Shown here piece after piece: positions 39,814-51,702 of a DNA stretch of 64,000 nt (its first letter is position 1; every line of letters begins with the position of its first letter). The DNA lies in the NCBI GenBank assembly GCA_000320545.1, contig ADNK01000631.1, positions 62,001-126,000 of the forward strand, in the 5' to 3' direction. The notes under the pieces were generated by a model that was given only the letters and a program-made list of their open reading frames with translations, had not been told where the DNA came from and searched no databases. Made by a program: the position numbers and the translations under genes. Origin of the DNA: Bigelowiella natans CCMP2755. Its lineage: Eukaryota; Protista; Cercozoa.

Positions 39814-41300
39814 ATGACTTCTAACGAGCAGGCAGCACCTTCCACCGCGATGGTGGACCGCAGAAAGAAACGGAGACGAGAACGCGACAAGCGCCTCGTG
39901 GACATGGCGTGTTTTCTTAGGCCAAAACCTATTGAAGGGGTTGCAATGAAGGCCGAAGCTGTTTCCTCTTCGATCCCTCCAAAGATTAGCAGCAGCCTCA
40001 GCAAAAATACAGCATTGGTTGCACCAACCGGTGCAAAAAGAAAGAGGGTGGAGATGTTAGCACCATGCGATGGCGACATGGCAAAGGGTGGCCTAGAGAT
40101 GGCGGAGGGCTTGAGTCAAAAACTTTTGGAGCAAGGTTACAAACCTGTAATTAAGTACATGAGTAAAGACCGTAAAAGCTGGATTCTTCATTGTCCTGGC
40201 TGGGAGAAGCTTCCCAAGGATAAATTTCAGGTGAAAATATGCAATTTAAGAAATTTTAACCAGCAATAAAGCGGTATTCCCAGGTTCTATGGGACTCGCA
40301 TCCTCCAGACTTCAATGAGATCATGATGCATGGGCGACGGGTGAAAATCCCACGGTGACGTCACTCATAATTATTTGCCTCAAAGCAAGCAATCGCGACT
40401 AACGATCTTCGGTATTATGTATTGTCATACAGGTGGCAACAGGCTTATGGTCAATCCTACAGTTTCTCTGGCACAACGGCAATCGCCAATCCCAACCCAC
40501 CAAAGGTTTGCTGAGTATTGCGCTGATTTTCACGAGACGCCCGCTTATGAGACGATTTATGAATTCTGATTTAGATAGTTGAAGGTCTTATGGAACGCCT
40601 AAACAACCTTATCACGTGTTTTTCTTACCGAATGGCACTGGTGAATTGGTATGCACCGGAGCATTATCTCGGACCGCATCATGACGACATGAAGCAACTC
40701 AGGACAGGCTCTCCTATTGTAAGCATATCATGGGGCCAGGTGCTGCACGCTACTGCTGCTGTGGAGAAAGATGGCATGAAATCGTATATATCAAAGAACT
40801 GTTTCTTAGTGTCAAACGAGTTGTTGCCTCATCCATCAGACTCGGACGTTCCGAATCAAATGGGATAAGAAAAGGCCTTGTCCAGGCGCGACTGATACGA
40901 GGTTGGTAAGCGAAGGGGGTTGTAGTCTCATCATAGAAATGAGCACATATGTATTTCTACATAACATCAGTCTCGAATTGAGGTCCGGGGACTTACTCTT
41001 GATGAGCTGGTTATTCGTGCCATTGCTATTGTAGTTGTGCCCCTTGAGAAGTTTACTGTGCTTTACCAGGGATCTTAATAGGACGCACAAGCACGAAGTT
41101 GCCAAGATACCAAAACGGTGATTAAACTTGCAAAGAGAAGTTAGCCAAAAGGCATAAATTTTAACAAGGTTTTTATTCAATGATGGACATTCAGCCAACG
41201 ATTTTCTGCGGGTGGACGGATAAATGTTACATTAAGAAGTTTTAAGACGAAGTCGTCAAATCGTAAGTTAGTTTTAAACAAAATTGCTTCTACAACCTGA
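39814..41300 (+). CDS. AlkB-family 2OG-Fe(II) dioxygenase (ALKBH2/3-like), multi-exon
   Basis: IMMHGRRVKIPR|WQQAYGQSYSFSG...ALVNWYAPEHYLGPHHDDMKQL...PIVSISWGQ|TRTFRI...GDLLLM...THKHEV...RINVTLR. The NxY, HxD, H and RxxxxxR motifs are all present. Both ends approximate. Confidence 0.88.
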
Positions 41301-42511
41301 TGCAGGTTTCCACTCGAACTTGATTAATTTTACAAATATTTCAAAAACTACTCAAACCTAAATATAATTTAAGAAATGCTTCACAGTGCAATGTAAAACA
41401 GTGATTATTAGCATTCAAAGAATGGTGCGCACTCTCATCTAAATAAGTCATAACGGCGTGCGCATTTATGCGAACATGTCAGCTCATGATGTATATGGTA
41501 CACTACGCCAACTTTATAGGTTTATGATGACGTTACTGTACATCATGAAAATTGTTTTGAATAGTCTCGTTGTGAGAGCTGAGAGGCACAGCAGGCAACA
41601 TGTTATTGACAATTGCAGCATTTGCAAAATGTTTGCATACTGTTGTTTCAGGCGGCATAGCCTTAAGGGCTCTGCCGCGTACCGCCTTATCAGAACATAT
41701 GTGCTAAATTTGGTATACATGTGTGGGTATGAACAAATATGTATAAAACCACTACATTTGATGTTAAGAACATGTGTATGAATATTATATGAAACTACAT
41801 ATGTTCGTACGTGCGTACGCGGCATAGCCATAATGAAGGCTTTGCCAGGCATCGTCGTATCCTAGTCAACACTAGAACAATGCTCTGGCTTGCGTTGATA
41901 CGAACAATTCTTGAGCCAATAACATGCCAGCACAGCATGATCGACAGATTTGTGCCATATATGCTTATGGCCAGAATGGTTGCTCCATCATGAAGGAATG
42001 TTGTCATTCAATGGCAACAATGACTTAACTCGTATCTCTGTATCTGCGCGCCTGCGCAACGTATGTGCCGCGCTGTGGCGACCGTTTTTTCGCGAAGCAG
42101 TGCAATGCTCGTTTTGTTAAATGAGAATGCAAATTTTGCAACACAGAGAAAGGCTGGGTCTTTATAAGTTTAACGAGTCAACAGAATGCATCAGAAACAC
42201 TTTGGTGCTATACATTTTACATCCATATGCCCTCTTAATTTCCACAATCGAAAACTATTTAATAATCCAATCCAGATTATCCAAAGCATAGATTAAAAAA
42301 AAGATAGGGCGAAGAGAAAAGGACGAGGAGTCACATAGGCCCATAGATTCGACACTTACCTTTCGAATCTTTGAATGATTATTCCCACTCACTGATAAGT
42401 TTGTCTTATTTCACACTGTCTAACCCTACTATGTTACGAGAGTGTTACGATAAGAGCGATATTTCCTTCTCTCTGCTTAGAGATGACTATGTAGTAGGAG
42501 CAGTGTCCTCC

Positions 42512-43395
42512 TTAACTCTCCTGATACCAGGAGACGTGGAAGAATGTTCCAGGTCGCCCAACCTCTGTGTGGAAGGGGAACCCAATGAAACGTGAGGAAA
42601 GGATGCCCTCGATTTTCCCAAGCTTGTTCTGGAGACCCTCAGGATCGGATGGAAGTTTCTCGAGGTCGATGACAGTGTAGGCCACGTTTCCACGTGATAA
42701 GTTGATCTGCTGATCAATGTTGATGCCCTCCTCCCCTAGGAAAGTGGTGATGGATCCGAGCACTCCCGGGTGGTTCTCGTTGACGATGCAGAGACGGTAT
42801 GAGTCGGCCTCCTTTGGCTCTAACCGAGCATCTGGGAAGTTCACCGAATTACGGATAGATCCTAAAGTAGGGAGGAAAAGAAGGAAGACGAATGTTATGC
42901 TTGCGCATGTGGGTCTATCGTCAAGATGACTGACGTAACAAGGATTCGAACAGTGAGGGCCTGGTTGCAAATACCCGCTGCATTAGTGTGTCTTTCATTA
43001 CCTGTTTCTAGGAAGTCAATGATCTGCTCAGCCGCCATCGCAGCAGAGTTTTCTTCTGCTTCAGCTGTGGAAGCTCCAAGGTGAGGAAGGACAAGGTGTT
43101 GAGGGTGTCCCATTAGATCTGCATCGGCAAAATCGGAAACGTACTTTCCAGTCATCTTGCCGCTTTCGTAGGCAGCGCTAAGATTAGACGAGGGGAAAAG
43201 GTGGATTTAAAAATGTATCCAATCGTAAGTGCATTTGACATTTTTGTCATTCACAACATTGTAGCATCACTATCACGTACCGCAGAGCAGCGCCATCGAC
43301 GATCTCACCGCGAGCGAAGTTGCAGATGCTTACGCCAGGCTTGCACTGCCGACCACAAGCAACAGTCACACTCAGATAAATAAAAGATAATTTGA

Positions 43396-43447
<52 letters not shown>

Positions 43448-45093
43448 CATATAAAATCCTCAAAATGATTATTAATGTGGACAAAATAAAATCCGAGTGA
43501 GTGTCATCATCGTTCTCATAATTATCAGTCCCGACAACACGAACTTGCCGCATCGTCGCCATTCTCATCATATTTTCAGCCCCACAAATTACATTCCAAA
43601 ACGTTTATACCTCCCGCACACTACCTACTCCTTGTTTACTACTTATAATACACGAAGACACTATACACACCATGGAAAGAGCCTCTGCATTAATAAGATG
43701 ATGGGTCTTGTCCTTTATATAAGGCACGTGCAAAGAGATGTAGTCAGAAGCCTTGTAAAGCTCTTCGATGTTCTTAGCACGCGTCATCTGGTCGCCAGGA
43801 AGACGCCAAGCAGCTTCGAGCGAGAGTGCAGGATCGTAACCCACAACTTTCATTCCAAGAGACAGAGCTGCTCCAACCACCCTGGTAAGGGAGTTTGTTG
43901 AAAATGAGGATAGGAAGGAGAAGAAAGAAAAAAGTTGGAAGTTAATAAAATAAAACATCGTGAAAAACACGATATCAATGACAAACTTGGAAATAACAGC
44001 CAACGATACCTGGAACCGATATGTCCGAGACCAATTACTCCAAGAGTCTTTCCAGTGAGTTCTTGGCCAACAAACATTTTCTTGTCCTTTTCAATGCGCT
44101 TGGCGATAGCGGCGTACTCGCTGTTCTCCTCAGGGATAATGTTGGTCTTTACGTGCTGAATGCCCTCCGAGATGCCACGGGAAGCAAGAAGAAGAGAGCA
44201 AATTACGAGCTCCTTGACGGCATTAGCGTTGGCTCCTGGGGTATTGAAGACCTACGATGAAACAAAGTTTAGACGCGTCGAGAACAATTGCATGATTACT
44301 TATTACATAAAATAAGAAACCATTTTGTAGGCGTACCGGTATTCCCATCTCCGACATCTTCTCGACTGGAATATTGTTGGTTCCAGCACCGCAGCGGGCA
44401 ATGGCACGCACAGAAGGCTTGACCTCTTCAACCTGCAACTTGTGGCTTCGGAGCAGGATAGCGTGGGGTTCGCCTCCGAGCTCGCCATCAGCATCAGCAG
44501 AGATCTGAGCAGGCAGTGATTATGTATATATATGTACCAACACAATACCACAAAATTCAGGATATGAGAGTTGTCAACAAGCATGTGCGCGAGAGTATGA
44601 CCTTATATTTTCCTTCTGGGAATTTTTGCAGACCAATCGGAGAGATAGCGTTGAATGTCTGAATGTTGAAGGATGGCCCATCGTAGTCGCTTGCCACGGA
44701 AGTCTCAGCAGTTTCCTGGCGAAGCGAATAGGAAGGATAAAGGAAGTTAGTCGATACCAGGGAGAGACAGACTCTGTAATTAGTGCGCCACCTTGCGCTG
44801 CTTAGCTTCCTCAAGGAGCTTCGACAACATATCGATTTCCTCTGTTACAAAGATACCACGAAGTAACGAAAGCGTTATGCACATAATGAGCATAGCAACA
44901 GGATCATGCATTACTGAAACAATCTCGCTTTTCAAAGCTACACCTCGCCACCCCCTCCTCTAACGCCCACTGAAAATTGAAAGAGAGGGGGGGTATAACC
45001 GGTGCTGAAGGATCGTTTTGCCCCAGTAACAGGGGCAACCCTGAAGGATGCACGGAGGGTGCGCGCTGGGAAACGGCGTAGGGTAGAGAACAT
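42512..45093 (-). CDS. serA: D-3-phosphoglycerate dehydrogenase with C-terminal ACT domain and mitochondrial-type presequence
   Basis: Leader MFSTLRRFPARTLRASFRVAP. Motifs AIARCGAGTNNIPV, NTPGANANAVKELV, GKTLGVIGLGHIG, DYISLHVP, NFARGEIVD, LPHLGASTAEAEENSA, and ACT domain NENHPGVLGSIT. Confidence 0.95.
43399..43445. repeat. (TA)n microsatellite in a PHGDH intron
   Basis: Perfect dinucleotide run. Confidence 0.95.
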
Positions 45094-46040
45094 GTGTGTT
45101 GTGTGTTGTAGGTTATGTGTGGAAACTCCCAACGTGGCTCCTATCCCACGGGAATAACCAGGATTTCAAACTAGAAATGTGTAGTTTCATTTTACAAAAT
45201 ACAAAAACTTCCCCTTATTCTCATATCCGACATTATTTTAGTTCATTTCCTACACGTTTTTCACCTTTAGATGCCTGATGTGCAGAACCAATTTGTGTCT
45301 GACATTCAGTAGTTCAGACAGCAAGCAGATGACTGGAAATGACCTGGGAAAACATAGTGCGTCAAAATAAACCTGAAGTCATACGAAATTCTTGCAGTCA
45401 GTAGCTTTGGCACACGTGGCTTGCAGATTTTGAATTTCGCCAAAATCTAACAGGAAAGTCTCCAATCCTTCGGCTAACCTTTTGGCTTCAATGAGTGCCG
45501 TTGTAGTTTCAATAATGTGACACGTTTTACCGTGTCTCAATCAAAAAAATCAATGATTGAAGAAATGATCACGTTTGCATTTGCTCATAAATATTTTGAA
45601 ACTTCCACGAAGTACCCTTCATCAAATGTGGAACAAATCCAGACCATTTTATCCTTTTACACATCATCTCCAGGCTACGTGGGCAACATGTTGCGTTCAT
45701 TTGCGTAGAAACCTCCATCGGAATCTGTCACGTCTCTCATGAAATTCACCGGTCGGGGAATAGGCGAATTTTACCTTAAGAGATTTTCTGGTGATTTTTC
45801 CTGGAAATCTTCAGATCTTTGTGAACAGCTAGCTGAAGCTATTCAAGCTGTTCACACAACTTCGCCGCCTTGAAGGGTTTGACCATTCCGATTCGAAGTC
45901 GACTACGACTACATTTGCATCAATTAGATAGACCTGTGGTGATCGTCTTCCGTTGAACAGATGTGGCCTAGCACAATGGCCAGAATGCCATTCTTGAATT
46001 CCTTCTGGTTTTCACTGGTTAGACCTTACTAAAGTTAGTT

Positions 46041-46635
46041 CGAGGCACTCTAGCACTGCGTCTCGTGCACTGCAAGTGTCTTGCCACGGTTTGTGGAAGT
46101 GCAGTTTGTCATCATTCATGCTGAGTTCATCATTGTTCGTTGATCAATGATTCCTGCATGTCTGAATTGTGGTTCTTGCTCATGCAGTTTGCATCAATGC
46201 TTATTTCAATGTTTCCTGTCACTCATGCCTAGCACCCATCGTTTTCCACCACGTAGTTCAGCGTTCAGTGCCGTGGCCCGCAGATGTGAAACAAAAACTC
46301 AAGTTTTCTTGGTGTCATTCTGGTTGAGAGATCATGTGATTGAGGAGCAGGATGTGTGACGGTTGGGGCTAGAGCACAGAGGGGGTAGTTGAAAAGCAAA
46401 CTTTTTCATGTGCACGTGATGTGCAAATCTAGAGATGCGTGCATTGCACGATTTGCAATGCTTTGCATGCACCGCTAGCTAGGCTAGCGCTAGGCCCGGA
46501 CCCCCTCCCTCAACTCAAAAAGAACCTTATCTCCTGCAAAGTCCAGAAGTGTGAGCATGGTGATGCAATGCAATGCAGCACAATGCCACAGTGGCATGAT
46601 GCAACACAGTGTCGCTTCGCATTGGGTTGCTTGGC
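46041..46635. other. TpA-depleted island D
   Basis: 12 TA in ~595 bp, 8 of them in CTAG. Degenerate TGCAA/CACAA pentamer run at 46563-46610. Confidence 0.8.
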
Positions 46636-46887
46636 ACTACCTTGCACATGCACTGCACGCAATAGGTTGCACGCTATTTCTAGATTTGCTAACATTCACT
46701 ACACCTAGATCCACGATAAACATGATGATAGCGCTATCATGTATCCAGCTTGCTTGGAAACTAAAAACGAGCTAATGATGACGCCTTGATAATCAATAGA
46801 CATTTCTCATTGTAGATGAGCCATCACTTAATACCTCTGCGAAAGTTGATAATTCCCTTTCAAGACAATCTCATGCCGTAATAAACC

Positions 46888-47073
46888 CTACATGATGTCT
46901 CCCAGGCCTGCCAGGTCGCCAAATTCATTTGCTTTCTGCTTTAGCATTGACTGCTGCCCAGATGGCCTTGCAGCCGCCTTCTGAAATCATTAACAATTCT
47001 TCAACAATATCTCTCATTCACGAGGGAATAGATTGCTAATCACTTCTCGAAAGCACCCATTTTGATATTACAT

Positions 47074-47116
<43 letters not shown>

Positions 47117-48781
47117 GGGAGAAGGCATGTATACAAAATCTCCTGAAGCATCGAAAGTCAAACAGTTGGTCTCGATTTTTAAAGCTAGATTTAGATTTCG
47201 TTCTTGTAAAAAAACGTGATATTACATTGCCGCTATTCATGCTCGCTTGCAGCGCCTTATCTGCTTCACGCGCTTTCTCTTCCAATACATCCTTTACTTT
47301 CTGCAATCTAGGATGAGAAGAAGAACGAGAGAAAGAGAGAGGGGGGGGGGGGGGGGGGGGGGGGAGATTAGATATTCAGATGTGAAGTTCCGTTACCATA
47401 AAAAACTTCATTAAGTCTTCTTCTCTTCACTTCTTTTTAATTCTCTTTTACTCTTCTCTATTTTACTTATAAAACCAGATGTGGCAATATCAGAAACTTG
47501 TCACCTCGAGAACTCCTCGCGCTCAAGCTCATCGAGTTCATCCTGGATGTACTTAATAGTGTTGTGGATCCGCGGCATCACCACGTAGTCCAAGGCGTTG
47601 ACTCGACGGTTGGTGACCTTAAAAGCATCGTCCAAGACCACCAGCTGGGTTTTTAGCGATGCAAGATCAACAAGGTCCTTCATCACAGCGTAGTAAGCTT
47701 TCCGACAGTGCGCTACTTGCTGTCCCCCTGCGGAAAGACCCACCAGCTGAACGCTCTCGACATCGCTGCCAGCGCGCTCAAAGATAGGAATTCTGACTCC
47801 TGCAATGTTGCCTTCACTTGCAGACACCTTAAATGCAGCCTCACTCGGAGTGCTTTGTATCACTTGGTTGCTGTTGCAGTGGAGAATATGAAAGGAGAGA
47901 GGAATAAGAGATGGAGAGGGGAAAGTAATGTTTTTCTTCATGATGATTATAATGAACTGTATGGTTGTGGTACATTATCTATTTGATATGGAATACTACA
48001 GGAGAGTGTATCATAAAAAAAAAGACCAATTGAAAGTAGGAAGGCACCGAAGTTTGTCTCGGAGTCGCAGTGCAATATTTTGTGTGTTTTCACTTCTCTT
48101 TTCTCAACATTTATTCGTATTTCAATGTTTGTTCTGACTTAAATTCCCCAGCAAAGCATATAGCCTTTGTGTGCAATACACCCGCCTGCTGTGTCAATCT
48201 TCCAACTCGCTCCTTTACCTAGGAAAATAATTTTTGAGATGTGTGTGGAGTAATCTTAACTACTATTCGCTAGAAGGTAAAAGCACAAAGGATTACGATT
48301 ATAAATGTGAAATGATGGTGTTGGTATATTCGTTTTACACATACCGCAAGAATCTTTCTGAGAATTTTTTGGAGAAAACTTTTAATGGCGTCGGCCTTCT
48401 TTTTTAAAAGATCGTAACCCTTCTTGGCTCCTTTAGCTTTTGCCTTCATTTGCTGCAGCGTCCTAAAATAGAGGCAGTGGAAAGCGTAGAGCAAAGGTAC
48501 GTGAGCATACCATGTACGAATATATATCGCATGCACTCATTCAGAGCATACGTACCCAATGAATAAATATACGAATTCGCACACGCAGACGAACGTACGC
48601 ATGCATACACACACCCGCCCACCCACCTGCCCGCCCACACCCACACCCACACCCACACATACACATACACACACACAACGCATTTTCAACTTTTGAACAT
48701 TTTTAGCTTGTTTCAATGAAGATGGTCGTGTCTCACTCACATGCGCGAAGGCATGACTTTGAGGATCTTCTTTCCCGACAT
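46888..48781 (-). CDS. ATP6V1D: V-type proton ATPase V1 subunit D, multi-exon
   Basis: MSGKKILKVMPSRM|TLQQMKAKAKGAKKGYDLLKKKADA...GNIAGVRIPIF...LVGLSAGGQQV...LVDLASLKTQLVVLDDAFKVTNRRVNALDYVVMPRIHNTIKYIQDELDELEREEFSR|LQKVK... Confidence 0.95.
47341..47364. repeat. Poly-G run (poly-C on the sense strand) in a V-ATPase D intron
   Basis: 24 consecutive G. Confidence 0.95.
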
Positions 48782-50098
48782 GTTTTAGTGTTGCGAGATG
48801 ACGTTCTGGAGTCCATACACGTGGAAAGGGGAATGGGGAGAAGGAAGTGTGAAATGAAGTGTGAAAGGAGGTGTAATATGAGGTGAGCAGCGCATAAAAT
48901 CATCAAAAAATGTTATGTTGCTACCACTTCCACAGGTGCTTCAGACTCCCCCTGCCTGAACGCGAAGAAAATAAAAGCCTGGAAACATGAGATATTATTT
49001 AAGGTGGAGAGCGAAGAACTCTTAACAAGCAGAGACAAATCATGAAGATGCCCTTTATGCCTCAAATTGTTTCGTATCACTTGTATCGGTATTCGCGAAA
49101 ATTCTGCGAATGAAAGCACCATTTTGGGAAATGAAGCGCTAGGAGCAACAAACTGGATAATACGACATGCGCAATGCTTTAAAAACATGAACCCTCAAGT
49201 AAAAATTCGGTAAGGAAACTCAAAAATATTCTCTGAGTCCCCCCCTCAGTGGCCACCAAGCCAGGAGAGATTGAGAACGCACCAAACGAGGGCAGTCGAT
49301 TGGGAAATGTAGACATTTCGCCAGTCAAGAGAATATATATTTACCTCGAAAGCTTGGCTAAAAATAAAGACGACATCCAATTACCGCTGTATAGCTCAGA
49401 AATAGTGGCATTCGATATCCCGAAAAAAATGACTATTCATTCAGAGATTCTGAATCTCCATTGCCGGGGATTCGTGCTAAGATCGGTAAGGAGGAAGGAA
49501 GTGGTATTCATTATGACGACACGAATTTAGGCATGTCTCTCTTACTTTAAGTGTTCGTGTTGCAAAATGATGTTCGCTGAGACAAATCAATCCTATTTCG
49601 TCTAAAATTCCACGATATCGGCATGACGTACAAAGATATTTGAAGGACCATATCGATTCCCGTGGTGGGACGTTGATGATGCACTCACGTTCTTCGTTCT
49701 TCCGAATCCAAAGGTTCGAAGTGTCCTAGCATATTTACTCCTACGACAAGGGAAAATACTAGTCGTCGCTCCGATCTCGCTTATTTTCGTTCAAGCTATT
49801 GCTACGATAACACCAACACCCAGTCGGAGAATGGCGATTAAGAACGGGCCAGCGACGGGCGCCATTGTGCAAGCAGCAACACACTTATTACATGGCACCT
49901 TGACTAACCAAATACAATGAACACAGCGAAAGAAATCCAACAAGTACTCAATTCAGATCCAATACTCGAAGTCGATATTGTCGATTGCCTAGAGAGGAAA
50001 CGGCACATTAAATATTTGTATTTCTTCATCTTGCCTCTGCGCCTTTCTTCAGTATGAGATCAGTCATCCTGGCTTAGCCTAACTATTACACCAAGCGA

Positions 50099-51349
50099 AT
50101 GGCGAAGAAACAAAAAGGTAAGAAAAAAACAAAGGGTCCCAGGGTCGAGAAGTATTTCGATCTCGGAGACTACTCTATGAAGATCTCTACGAAGCATTCG
50201 CGTGCCCAGGTAGTTGTCGCAGCTCTAAGCAGATTTTCCAGTTTTGTGTGGTTATACTCAGCGCTCTCACGACGTCTTATTTGCGCAGCTTTGGTATAAT
50301 CGCGGATTACGGTGGTGCTTTGGTTTCAACCACGAAGAAGCTGTTCGATGCTTCGAAAATGCTCTCAAATTTGACTCGCGATGCCCGATGATCTATTGGG
50401 GAATCGGGTATTGTTTTTCTTTGGATGCTTTTCTTTCTCCTCTTATTCACGGCATGATGGCAATGGTGGTACATGCGAGTATCGTGTAAATATTTGGTGG
50501 GCCATGTATGTAAGCAATCAATGGCATATGCAAACGATGAGGGATTATGGTGTGATAATCTCTCAGATATGCGAGCGGGTCCAACTATAACAATCCGACC
50601 AATCTTGACTCGAAAGCGGCTTATGAGGCAAGCCACAAGGCCCTTCAACTTAGTACAGAAAGAAAAATCACTAACATAGAGCAACAGATAATAAAAGGGC
50701 TGGTCCCAAGGTGTCCCCCTCCTCCTTTCTTTCCAGTTGTTTATGTTGGCATGGCAGAGAGAAGGCATCACAAAAAGGAATCACCAACATCAACATATGT
50801 GTGTTTCCCCCTTATAATGCAGCCACAATGCAGTCAACGCTAAAGCACTTTCGTATACTACTGTGGTCGTTCTAGGTATAAGTGGCCACATAGAGATCCA
50901 AATGAAGATCATCAAGGATGGAGCAATGAAATGGACCAGCTTAGAAAAACATACGTTAAATCGATGAGCAAAGCGTAATGAATAACCCACCAAAGTGGCA
51001 AATAAAATAAGTTATCATCAACAACAACATGATGTGGGGGCCGCGCAGTTAACTTCGGCAAGCTTATGTACCTATATGTGACGATTATTGTAATGACCAT
51101 CGTCGTAACAGATAACTTTCGTTATTAGGTTTGAGAATCATCCTGATAACACAGACGTGGCGTACTTATACATAGAGGCTCTCATGTGCCAAAATGCCTG
51201 GAAGCTGTGGGAGACAGACGAAAGCACGGGGAATAAAATCCGGCCGGAAACCTTTCTTGCAAAAGAGCTTTTGGAGAAACACCTCAAAATTCAACCTAAA
51301 CATCCAGGCCTCGGTCACTTGTACGTGCTCTCTCTCTCTCCCTCTCTCT

Positions 51350-51396
<47 letters not shown>

Positions 51397-51663
51397 TCTC
51401 TCTCTTCTCTACATTGTTTGTGCGTGCATCCGTGCTGCGTGTACGGTGTTCAGAAGAGGGAATTTCAAATACAATGCCTTCCCACCAGCTCCAACACCAT
51501 ATGGATGATGTGTTTCATCATCCACGTGTAGTCTGTGAAACGAAGAGTTCTATCATGTTTACTGCTGCTAGTATGCTGGGAGTAGTATTGAATGAAATAG
51601 AAATAGAAGGGAAGGGCCAACGCAAACCAATGCCCCCTCATCCTCATGACACACATAAACACA

Positions 51664-51702
<39 letters not shown>

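Noticed and set aside
39814-41300. AlkB-like DNA repair gene directly next to TpA island C as the cause of the pattern
   Set aside because: Eukaryotic adjacency does not imply functional linkage. The other islands have no such neighbour and the protein looks like an ordinary ALKBH2/3-type enzyme.
48913-50030. Possible small minus-strand multi-exon gene between V-ATPase D and the TPR gene
   Set aside because: Splice-like signals are present, but I could not assemble a coherent reading frame or recognise a domain, so it is not reported as a feature.
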